The notes under the pieces: model-generated | Database searches by the model: none | Told to the model about the DNA's origin: nothing | The model's input: only the letters and a program-made list of their open reading frames with translations | Position numbers and translations under genes: made by a program | DNA from: Phycisphaerales bacterium | GTDB lineage: Bacteria; Planctomycetota; Phycisphaerae; Phycisphaerales; UBA1924 | Assembly (NCBI GenBank): GCA_965227775.1 | Contig: OZ245777.1 | Span: 1,856,001 to 1,920,000, forward strand | Direction of reading: 5' to 3' | DNA: 64,000 bases | Shown here: positions 18,340-29,516 of the stretch, piece by piece | Position numbering within the stretch: the stretch's first letter is position 1 | Layout of the letters: each line of letters opens with the position of its first letter

Positions 18340-20124
18340 GTGGTCGCAAACGCAAGCGGAACGGGTGCGCAAGAGATCGAGTGCGACGTTGCCATCATCG
18401 GCGGCGGGCCTTCGGGGAGTACGCTGGCGACGCTGCTCCGCAAGTACGACCCGTCGCTGAGGGTCATGGTGCTCGAGAAGGAAGTCTTCCCCCGCGAGCA
18501 TGTGGGCGAGAGCCAGCTTCCGGCGATCAGCCCCATCCTGCACGAGATGGGCGTGTGGGACAAGGTCGAGGCGGCGAACTTCCCTGTGAAGCTCGGCGCG
18601 AGCCTGACCTGGGGCCGCGATGGCGAGCGATGGGACTTTGACTTCTACCCCGTCGAAGAGTTCAAGGACGAGCCCAGGCCGGCCAAATTCGAGGGCCAGC
18701 GCCAGCGCACGGCTTTCCAGGTTGAGCGATCGATCTACGACAAGATTCTGCTCGACCACGCTCAGGAGAGCGGAACCGAGGTCCGCCAGGGCACGCAGGT
18801 ACGCGAGGTCTTGAAGGACGGCGATCGCGTCGAGGGCTTCCGGCTGGACGACGGCACGACCGTACGGGCCAAGCACTACGTCGATGCGAGCGGCACGCAC
18901 GCGCTGCTGCGTCGGGCGATGGGTGTCGAGAGCGATGCGCCAAAGAGCCTGCGCAACGTCGCCTTCTGGAGCTACTGGGACAACGTGCAGTGGGCCGTCG
19001 AGATCGGCGTGGGCGGTACGCGCGTGCAGGTCCGCAGCCTGCCGTACGGCTGGATCTGGTTCATCCCGCTGAGCCCGACGCGCGCGAGCGTCGGCCTGGT
19101 GTGTCCGGGCGAGTATTACAAGCAGACGGGTCTCTCGCCGGAAGAGATCTACCACAAGGCGCTCAAGGAACAGGAAGAGATCGCGGGCCTGATGAGCGAG
19201 TCCAAGCAGACCGACCAGGTGCATGCCACCAAGGACTGGTCGCAGGTTGCCGACCGTGTGACGGGCGAGAACTGGTTCGTGTGCGGCGAGGCCAGCGGCT
19301 TTGCCGATCCGATCCTCGCGGCGGGCATGACGCTGGCCCACGGCTCGGCCCGTGAGCTTGCGTACACGATCCTGGAGCTCGAGCGGGGCGAGCTCGACAA
19401 GGGCTGGGTCAAGCAGAGCTACGACGACAAGACCCGCAAGAACATCCGCCAGCACATCCGCTTCGCGCAGTTCTGGTATGCGTCCAACGGCTGCTTCAAG
19501 GACCTGCAGGAGCACTGCCAGAACATCGCCGAGGAGGCTGGGCTCAACCTGACACCTGCCGAGGCATGGCGCTGGCTGGCCCAGGGCGGCTTCAGCAACC
19601 AGACGCTCGACTCGGCAAACCTCGGCTCGTTCGACCTCGCGACGGCGAAGCAGATCGTCGGCAAGTTCGGCGAAGAGGACATCGACCTCGAGAAGGAAAC
19701 GCTGACCTTCATGAAGTACAACAAGCTCACGCTCGACCTGCGTGACGCAAAAGACGAGAAGGTCGCCGAGTACCGCGACGGTCGGGTGGTGCCCGTGCAG
19801 TGCGTGGTGCGGAACGGCAAGATACTGCCAAAGGTCGGGCCCTACCCCGTCCTCGTCAGCATGATGCTCAAGAGCAACGACCCAAACCAGATCTTCGGGT
19901 ATCTGCAGCAGCAGATCAACGCGTCGCAGGCGAAGGACCGGGCTGCGTCGCTCATGCGTCAGCTCGTCCAGGCCATGGAGGTCATGGTGGTCGACGGCTG
20001 GGTGATCTGCGAGAACGATCCCAACCGCCCGCAGCCCAAGTGGTCGCTGGGCAGGAATCGCCAGCTGCGTACGACTGCCGAGGGCATGGAGGCGTATCAG
20101 GCGTCTCGGGCCACGAGCAACTGA
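18340..20124 (+). CDS. Flavin-dependent halogenase-family protein
   Basis: GGGPSG FAD motif, FPREHVGES, FPVKLG (catalytic Lys position), WIWFIPL (WxWxIP) and GFADPILAAG. Confidence 0.85.
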   Translation: MVANASGTGAQEIECDVAIIGGGPSGSTLATLLRKYDPSLRVMVLEKEVFPREHVGESQLPAISPILHEMGVWDKVEAANFPVKLGASLTWGRDGERWDFDFYPVEEFKDEPRPAKFEGQRQRTAFQVERSIYDKILLDHAQESGTEVRQGTQVREVLKDGDRVEGFRLDDGTTVRAKHYVDASGTHALLRRAMGVESDAPKSLRNVAFWSYWDNVQWAVEIGVGGTRVQVRSLPYGWIWFIPLSPTRASVGLVCPGEYYKQTGLSPEEIYHKALKEQEEIAGLMSESKQTDQVHATKDWSQVADRVTGENWFVCGEASGFADPILAAGMTLAHGSARELAYTILELERGELDKGWVKQSYDDKTRKNIRQHIRFAQFWYASNGCFKDLQEHCQNIAEEAGLNLTPAEAWRWLAQGGFSNQTLDSANLGSFDLATAKQIVGKFGEEDIDLEKETLTFMKYNKLTLDLRDAKDEKVAEYRDGRVVPVQCVVRNGKILPKVGPYPVLVSMMLKSNDPNQIFGYLQQQINASQAKDRAASLMRQLVQAMEVMVVDGWVICENDPNRPQPKWSLGRNRQLRTTAEGMEAYQASRATSN

Positions 20125-20148
20125 CAGTTCCTCGACATCACGCAATGA

Positions 20149-20175
20149 GAAAGCCCGGGTCATGCCCGGGCTTAC
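20149..20175. terminator. Hairpin, probable bidirectional terminator
   Basis: AAGCCCGGG-TCATG-CCCGGGCTT between the convergent halogenase and pckA genes. Confidence 0.7.
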
Positions 20176-20199
20176 TATGTCATTAGTTCTCGAAGGCTC

Positions 20200-21795
20200 T
20201 TAGCCCTTCGGGCCGCTGTCGCGGACGGCCGCTTCCATCTCGTACTTGGCGTCGTTCTCGCGGAAGCGGCGGGCGAGGTCGCGAGCCTTTTCGTCGTAGG
20301 CGGCGCTGTCGCTCCAGGTGTTGCGCGGGTGCAGGACCTCTTGTGGCACGCCCTCGACGGCGGTGGGCATGTGCAGGCCCAGGATCTCGTGCTCGACGTA
20401 GTTGGCCTTGGCGAGGTCGCCATTGAGGATGGCCGAGACCATCGCTCGGGTGTAGCCCAGCTTGAAGCGGCTGCCGACTCCGTAGGGCCCGCCGGTCCAG
20501 CCGGTGTTCAGCAGCCAGACGTTGGCGTCGTGCTTCTTGATGCGCTCGACGAGCATCTGCGCATACTCGGCGGGGGGGCGAGGCATGAACGGCGCGCCGA
20601 AGCAGGCGCTGAAGTTTGGCTGGGGCTCTGTGACGCCGGCCTCGGTGCCAGCGAGCTTGCTGGTGTACCCATTGATGAAGTAGTACATCGCCTGCTCGGG
20701 CGTCAGCTTGCTCACGGGCGGCATGACGCCAAAGGCATCGGCCGTGAGGAACACGACGTTCCTCGGATGCTGGCCGATGGAGGGGATGACGGCGCCGGGG
20801 ATGTACTCGACCGGATACGTAACGCGGGTGTTTTCGGTGATGGAGCCGTCGTCGTAGTCGGGCTCGCGGCTGTGGTCGTCAATCACCACGTTCTCGAGCA
20901 CGCTGCCAAACTTGATGGCGTCCCAGATCTGGGGCTCACTCTCACGGCTGAGCTTGATGCACTTGGCGTAGCAGCCGCCCTCAAAGTTAAACACGCCCTT
21001 GTCGCTCCAGCCGTGCTCATCGTCGCCGATGAGCGCGCGGTCGGGGTCGGCGCTCAGCGTGGTCTTGCCGGTGCCGCTCAGGCCGAAGAAGAGAGCGACG
21101 TTGCTGGCGTCGTCCTTGGCGACGTTGGCCGAGCAGTGCATCGGGAACACGCCCGCCTCGGGCATGTCGAAGTTCATGGCGTAAAAGATGCTCTTCTTAA
21201 TCTCGCCCGCGTACTCGGTGCCCAGGATGACGACCGTCTTGCGCTCCAGCGACTGGGCGATGATGATCGGGCCCGAGACGCCGAGCTGCTGTGCCTCTTC
21301 GGCGGTCAGCTTGTGCTTGCCAGCGTTGAGGATGGTCCAGTCATGGTTCCAGTCCGTGCTGTTGCTGGCCGCCCGCGTGCCTTGGCGGATGAAGAGCGTG
21401 CTGGCGAAGAGGCTGTGCCATGCCTGCTCGGTGACAACGCGGACACCCAGGCGATACGCCGGGTCGGCACCGGCAAAGCCCTCGAAGCAGAAGACCTTCT
21501 CCTGGGCGTTCAGGTGGTCGATGGCGATGCGCTCGGCCAGCTCGAAGCGCTCGGGCGTGAGCGGCTGGTTGACCTTGCCCCAGTCGATCTTGTCGTGAAT
21601 TGCGGGGGTGTCTTCGAGGTACTTGTCGGTCGGGCTGCGGCCCGTGCGGTCGCCCGTCAGGCACACAAGCGCACCCTCGGCTGCCAGGCGGCCCTCGTCG
21701 GCGGCCAGGGCCATCTCGACGAGCCGTGCAGGCGGCAGGTTTCGGAGGGTGCGAGCGGCGGAAAGATCGAGCGTAGCGAGCGTCTGGCTTGGCAT
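20200..21795 (-). CDS. pckA: Phosphoenolpyruvate carboxykinase (ATP)
   Basis: TGRSPTDK, YAGEIKK, MHCSAN, FFGLSGTGKTTLS, IGDDEHGW, NFEGGCYAK and WLLNTGW; GGAG upstream of the chosen start. Confidence 0.97.
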   Translation of the reverse strand: MPSQTLATLDLSAARTLRNLPPARLVEMALAADEGRLAAEGALVCLTGDRTGRSPTDKYLEDTPAIHDKIDWGKVNQPLTPERFELAERIAIDHLNAQEKVFCFEGFAGADPAYRLGVRVVTEQAWHSLFASTLFIRQGTRAASNSTDWNHDWTILNAGKHKLTAEEAQQLGVSGPIIIAQSLERKTVVILGTEYAGEIKKSIFYAMNFDMPEAGVFPMHCSANVAKDDASNVALFFGLSGTGKTTLSADPDRALIGDDEHGWSDKGVFNFEGGCYAKCIKLSRESEPQIWDAIKFGSVLENVVIDDHSREPDYDDGSITENTRVTYPVEYIPGAVIPSIGQHPRNVVFLTADAFGVMPPVSKLTPEQAMYYFINGYTSKLAGTEAGVTEPQPNFSACFGAPFMPRPPAEYAQMLVERIKKHDANVWLLNTGWTGGPYGVGSRFKLGYTRAMVSAILNGDLAKANYVEHEILGLHMPTAVEGVPQEVLHPRNTWSDSAAYDEKARDLARRFRENDAKYEMEAAVRDSGPKG

Positions 21796-21900
21796 CGGCA
21801 GTGCATCTCCGGCTCGCCTGCGCCCAGCAACCGAGCCCAATTTTCGAGGTAATAGCGAGGGTAGGTCGCCCCGCCCCGCGCGGCCATACGCCGGGCTCAC

Positions 21901-21928
21901 TTGCCACCGGCCGAGAACGTGCTAGCGT
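21901..21928 (+). promoter_or_regulatory. Sigma70-like promoter of tRNA-His
   Basis: TTGCCA-N16-TAGCGT, 44 nt before the tRNA. Confidence 0.5.
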
Positions 21929-21972
21929 TACCGCTCGGCCGGCCGGGCACGCCCGAACGTTCGCCGATAGAT

Positions 21973-22047
21973 GGTGGCTGTAGCTCAGTTGGTTAGAGCA
22001 CCAGGTTGTGGTCCTGGGGGTCGCGGGTTCGAATCCCGTCAGTCACC
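21973..22047 (+). tRNA. tRNA-His(GTG)
   Basis: Encoded G-1, acceptor GTGGCTG/CAGTCAC, C73, anticodon arm CCAGG-TTGTGGT-CCTGG, T-loop TTCGAAT. CCA is not encoded. Confidence 0.97.
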
Positions 22048-22084
22048 CTTCCCCGTCGAATCTGTGCGAAGCTCGCCCGGTGGC

Positions 22085-22951
22085 TTAGGCCGTCAGGGCG
22101 CGGTTCATCGCGTCCTTCGCTTGCCTGCCGTACCCGCTCCCGAAGAGCGCGGCGTGCACGAGCAGCGGGTAGATTCGGTACATTCCCCGCCGGCGTTCGA
22201 AGAACCCCGGGGAGATGGGCCGCAGCTCGTGGTATCGCTCGAAGAACGGTCGCCCGACGCAGCCGAAGAGGCCCATGAACGCCAATTCGATCTCGCGGTC
22301 GGCGTAGTAGATCGCCGGGTCGATGAGCCCGGTGATGCGACCATCCTGGCTCAGGAAGTTGCCCGACCAGAGGTCGCCGTGGATGAGCACTGGCGGCTCG
22401 TCCTGGGCGATGAATCGATGGGGCTCGGCTTCAATCGCATCGACAAGCCGCCGGGCGGTTTCGAGGCCAGACTGGGGGAGCCCGCCGCGCGCATGGGCAA
22501 GCTCGGCGAAGTGCTCGATGCGTTGCCGGGCGAAGAAGTGGGCCCATGATGCCGCGGGCGCGTTGGGCTGAACGAGCGGGCCGATGAGCGTCGAACGCTC
22601 GTAGCCAAAGCTGGAACCCTGGATGCCGTGGAGCTCGGCCAGCAACTCGGCGAGGTGATGCTGCGCCTGCTGGTCAGCTCCGGTCGAGCCCGGAAGGCGT
22701 TCCATGACCAGCAGGCCGGGCTCCGCGTGCCAGACCGTTGGCACCGGCAGATTCGTGAGCCGACGCAGGTCGCGTAGCATCGCGGCTTCGATGGTCAGAT
22801 CGCTTGTGCCGTCGCCGATCTTGGCTACGAACTCGCCTCGGTCCTCAGAGACACCGCCAACGACGCGCGCGATGCACCCGCCGTGCAGGTCGGCCAGGCC
22901 CGAAACGCCGGTGCCCAGCGCGGCTACGAGTTGGTCTGCGAGTCCGGACAC
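22085..22951 (-). CDS. Fructosamine kinase family protein
   Basis: GGCIA, FVAK, LIHGDLWSGN, LIDPAIYYADREIELA and FGSGY. Confidence 0.92.
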   Translation of the reverse strand: MSGLADQLVAALGTGVSGLADLHGGCIARVVGGVSEDRGEFVAKIGDGTSDLTIEAAMLRDLRRLTNLPVPTVWHAEPGLLVMERLPGSTGADQQAQHHLAELLAELHGIQGSSFGYERSTLIGPLVQPNAPAASWAHFFARQRIEHFAELAHARGGLPQSGLETARRLVDAIEAEPHRFIAQDEPPVLIHGDLWSGNFLSQDGRITGLIDPAIYYADREIELAFMGLFGCVGRPFFERYHELRPISPGFFERRRGMYRIYPLLVHAALFGSGYGRQAKDAMNRALTA

Positions 22952-22988
22952 GCCGCATTGTGGGCGCGTCGATCAGGCGATGCTCGGA

Positions 22989-24137
22989 TCAGGCCGCCCG
23001 GACGAGTCGGCACATGCTCTTGAGCGAGTTGATCGCCTCCTGAGCGCTTTCGATGGACCCGCCATCCGCATCGAGTATCGCGAGCACCCTTCCAGCAGCG
23101 TCTGCAACCGCACTGTGACCCAGAAGCGGACCAGTCCCGCGGATGCGAGCACAAATGTACCGGAGGTTCTTCTCGTCGCCAGCCTCGCTTGCTTGGGTGA
23201 TCTCGTCGACAAATTTGACCAGGTCTTGAGCGAAGAGGTCGGCAAGTGCCTTGAGCGAGGGATCTGTTTCTTGCTGCGGGGTAGGCGGAGGCAGATCATC
23301 GCCTGCGCCGCGTCCGAGCAGGATGAACTCGGCTAGCGCCTTGAGTATGAGAGACTTGTCAATTGGCTTATGAAGCAACGCACTTACCCGCGATTGCCGG
23401 ATCGTGTGCTTGCCCTCATTTGATAGACTGCCCGCGAATGCGATGACAGGGACGGCATAGCCAGCCGAGCGAAGCCCAAGAATGGCCTCGCTCGCAGTGG
23501 CGACGTCCTTGTCGAAATCGCAAAGCACCGCGTCAAAAGGCTCGGAGAGCTGGTCCAGGATCTCCTCGTAGTTCTCGGCGTGACTGATTCGAAGTGATGT
23601 TTCGGACAGGTAGGCCTCGATGAGCTTGCGGTCGATGTTGCTCGCTGTGACGAGCAGCACGCGGCCCTCGAGTTTGTTCGCATCGACTGCTTCAAGCGAG
23701 AAGTTGTCCCCCAGAGGGTCGAGTTTCATGTAGTCGTTGACATCGATTTCCTTATCGAACTTCATGCCTACGTCGTGAACGCGGCCAGTCACGTGGCGGC
23801 ACTGCACGACTGATGCCTTGATCCAAACCTCGCCCTCCGCGTTATGCTGCATCTTGACGCGGCACGTCGTACCAACATGCATGTACGAGCTATGGACGAC
23901 GCTGATCCCGCCCCGCGACAGGTTTCGGCACGCGACGAAAAAGCTAACGCTGCCGCCGCTGGGCTGGTAGACCTCGACTTCGATTGAAGGAATCCGGAAG
24001 CTCAAGCGGGCATGGCTGCGGCGGACGCGGCTGCCCTCGCTGGCGGCATCCAGGTCGTCCATGATCATCCCCAGCTGCTCAGCCGAGAGATTGAGGGTGT
24101 TGTGTTGGCCCTTCGGGCCGGACGATCGGCTGCCCAT
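22989..24137 (-). CDS. PilZ + receiver-like + Hpt-like signalling protein
   Basis: RRSHAR and NLSRGG PilZ motifs; FDAVLCDFD...LLHKPID receiver; helical C-terminus with CARIRGTG. Confidence 0.8.
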   Translation of the reverse strand: MGSRSSGPKGQHNTLNLSAEQLGMIMDDLDAASEGSRVRRSHARLSFRIPSIEVEVYQPSGGSVSFFVACRNLSRGGISVVHSSYMHVGTTCRVKMQHNAEGEVWIKASVVQCRHVTGRVHDVGMKFDKEIDVNDYMKLDPLGDNFSLEAVDANKLEGRVLLVTASNIDRKLIEAYLSETSLRISHAENYEEILDQLSEPFDAVLCDFDKDVATASEAILGLRSAGYAVPVIAFAGSLSNEGKHTIRQSRVSALLHKPIDKSLILKALAEFILLGRGAGDDLPPPTPQQETDPSLKALADLFAQDLVKFVDEITQASEAGDEKNLRYICARIRGTGPLLGHSAVADAAGRVLAILDADGGSIESAQEAINSLKSMCRLVRAA

Positions 24138-24249
24138 TCGAATCTCCCGCAGGTCTTCGCAGAGTCCTGGGGAGGTATCGGAAGATCAGCTGTTCGCCTT
24201 GCGTCCGATTGCGCGCTGGATAGTGGCCAGTGATCTATCGGACCTAGCG

Positions 24250-27129
<2,880 letters not shown>

Positions 27130-27147
27130 TCAGAGCAATCGCGTCGT

Positions 27148-28380
27148 CTATTCGACGATGTGGATCTGGCTCAGCTGCTCGCTGAGCAGCTCGTAGACGA
27201 GCGCCACGTCGTCAGGCAACATGCGGACGCAGCCCATCGACATCTCCTTGCCAATGCTGTCGGGCTCGATGGTGCCGTGGATGCCGTACCCGCTGTAGGT
27301 TTCGGCCTGGCCCAGGCCTTCCAGCCCGATCCAGTGCTCGCCAATCGGGTTCTCTGGGTTGCTGGCGGCAAACTCCTCGCCCGTGCGCGGGTTGCGCCAG
27401 AAGGGGTCGATGAGCTTGCTGTGGCGGCGGACCGTGAACGCGCCGACCGGCGTGCCATCGAACTCACCAAGGCCAACCGGAAACGAGCGGACGTACATCC
27501 ACTGGTCGATCTCAGTTGGCGGGCCGATGTAGACGTCCATGCGGAAATCCGTCTTGCTGACCACGGCGTGGAAGGGGCCGCGGACGAGCTTGAGCTTCTG
27601 GCCCTTGTAGATGTTGTTCGGGTTGCCCATGCGGTTGACGCGTTGGATGAGCAGGTACTCGGTGGCGACGCCTTCGTCTTGGGCGATCTTGGCCAGGGAG
27701 TCTCCACCCTTTACTTCGTACACGGTCGAGAACGGGTCGCCCGGGTACACGCGTGGTGAGAAGATCAGGTCCTCGTTGAGCGCCTGCATCTGCTGGCGGA
27801 TGGTGGCGCGGTCGCTTGCCGTGGCGCGCTCGTGCATCAGGGCGCTGTTGTAGAGCTCGCGCGCCGTGATGGGATCGTTCGACTTGATCGCTTGCTCGGC
27901 TCGCTGGATCAGCGTCGAGACTGCAGCGCTCGGGCTGGCAATCGTCGAAGGGCCGACCGCTACGGGCGCTTCCTGGCTCGGGGTCGCCAGCACGCCGGTG
28001 GGCTCGGGAGTCTTCTGCTCGGCAACTGGCGTCTGCACGCTGCGGCCCTGACGCTGATCGCCGGACGTCTCCCGGGCCGCTTCGGCGCTTCGCTCGCGGG
28101 CTTGCTGGGGCTGCGCGCTGGTGAGACGAGCTTCGGGCTGGCGACGTTGGCTAGCCGGTGTTCCCGTTGCCGGCGTCGATTCGCGTGCGAGTTCGGTCGT
28201 GGAGGGATCGGCGGCCTCACCCTCATCGGGGCCCGAGGTGAAGGCCCACACCAGGCCTCCGCCAAGGGCGACGACCACGATCGCGGCGATCAGCTTCCGG
28301 CCGCCGCCGCCTCGCCCACGACGCGAGCGTCCACGCGTGGCTCCCCCGAAACCGATTCCACCCTGTGATGGCAGCGACAT
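27148..28380 (-). CDS. LysM-domain L,D-transpeptidase (YkuD family)
   Basis: TM anchor, low-complexity linker, LysM (YEVKGGDSLAKIA...IYKGQKLKL) and GYGIHGT...SMGCVRM catalytic His/Cys; GGAGG RBS. Confidence 0.92.
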   Translation of the reverse strand: MSLPSQGGIGFGGATRGRSRRGRGGGGRKLIAAIVVVALGGGLVWAFTSGPDEGEAADPSTTELARESTPATGTPASQRRQPEARLTSAQPQQARERSAEAARETSGDQRQGRSVQTPVAEQKTPEPTGVLATPSQEAPVAVGPSTIASPSAAVSTLIQRAEQAIKSNDPITARELYNSALMHERATASDRATIRQQMQALNEDLIFSPRVYPGDPFSTVYEVKGGDSLAKIAQDEGVATEYLLIQRVNRMGNPNNIYKGQKLKLVRGPFHAVVSKTDFRMDVYIGPPTEIDQWMYVRSFPVGLGEFDGTPVGAFTVRRHSKLIDPFWRNPRTGEEFAASNPENPIGEHWIGLEGLGQAETYSGYGIHGTIEPDSIGKEMSMGCVRMLPDDVALVYELLSEQLSQIHIVE

Positions 28381-28458
28381 GCGACCTCCCTGCGTGCTGC
28401 GTGGGGGCGTCGTGCCCGCCACCGAATCCTTCGCGATCTCGATTCGATCCGAATGAGT

Positions 28459-29142
28459 CTACTGCGGCCCCCGCTTCGCTTCTGCCTCCAGCACCGCGGC
28501 GATGCGCGGGCCGTTGAACTCCAGCAGGCGACGCTCGGTGGCGAGGGCGTCGAGCCTCGCGTCGTGTGGCTCTGTCGGTACCCTCGGGGCGAGCTGGGCT
28601 TCGAGCCCGAAGCCGAGCGACAGACCTGTGCGGCGCTTGTCGGCCAGCAGCCGATCGTAGAACCCGGCGCCGCGACCGAGGCGGAACCCGCGCAGGTCAT
28701 ACGCGAGCGCCGGAACGAGCACGACGTCGATGGTCTCGAGCGGCACGCCCGCGGCGGTGGGCGCTGGCTCAGGCACGCCCAGGTTGCCCTCAACAACGTC
28801 CGACATCGGGTCGGCGATAAGGGCGGGCATAATGGTGCGGGCGTCCCAGTCGACACGCGGGCCGGCCACCTCGACGCCCGCCTCGAGCAGACGCTCGATG
28901 AGCGCTCCAGTGCCCGCTTCTCCGGCCATCGAGAGGTAGACCATCACGCGGCTAGCGCGTGCCATCGGGGCCCAGGCGAGTGCTCGCTCGGCGAGTGCTT
29001 CGGCCTTGCTTCTGGCCTCGGTCTGAGGCATGGCCTCCATCACGTGGCGCATCTTCGTTCGCAACGACGACTTCTCGGCGGAGAGCTCGTTTGCGGAGTC
29101 CTTGTTGGTGGTTGGCTCATCGCGCATGCGCTTGGCGATCAT
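28459..29142 (-). CDS. ygfA: 5-formyltetrahydrofolate cyclo-ligase
   Basis: KSSLR, DVVLVPALAYD, RLGRGAGFYDR and EPHDARLD. Start 29142 or 29127. Confidence 0.92.
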   Translation of the reverse strand: MIAKRMRDEPTTNKDSANELSAEKSSLRTKMRHVMEAMPQTEARSKAEALAERALAWAPMARASRVMVYLSMAGEAGTGALIERLLEAGVEVAGPRVDWDARTIMPALIADPMSDVVEGNLGVPEPAPTAAGVPLETIDVVLVPALAYDLRGFRLGRGAGFYDRLLADKRRTGLSLGFGLEAQLAPRVPTEPHDARLDALATERRLLEFNGPRIAAVLEAEAKRGPQ

Positions 29143-29317
29143 TGGACGTGATGCGAGGGCTGGGATGCTCACATCAAGCCTATCGGAACAGCGCGGGGGG
29201 CGACTGAAGCCCGTCTGACGCGAAGTCTTGCGGCAGCGACAGCAACCGACGACAAGCGATCGGAACCGACGGGTTTGTTCCCATGATCGCAGCGGCGCGG
29301 CCCACGAGAGAATGGCC

Positions 29318-29410
29318 GACGAAAGACCCCCGGCAGGCTCCTCCGCCCGTCGGGGGTCCATCCCCATCCCGCTTCGGCCGAGGCCAGCGGGGTGGCTCTC
29401 TCTCCGCGAA
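29318..29410 (-). ncRNA. Candidate small structured RNA
   Basis: TACCGT -10-like element, then about 90 nt with a 5' hairpin and a GACCCCCG...CGGGGGTC-TTTC terminator-like stem, in a 370-nt gap with no credible CDS. Confidence 0.35.
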
Positions 29411-29516
29411 GAAAACGGTAGCCGGCAAAAACCGCGAAAATGGCGGAGTTCCAGCGGATTTGGTCAAATATTCACAGGGACTGGCCTGGAGGCTCGCCAG
29501 GGGCGTCAGGTCCGTC

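Noticed and set aside
29365..29410. Complete glycine riboswitch or 6S RNA call
   Set aside because: Only the GGAGA...GCCGAAG half is present and no long 6S-like rod was evident; kept only as an unnamed candidate RNA.
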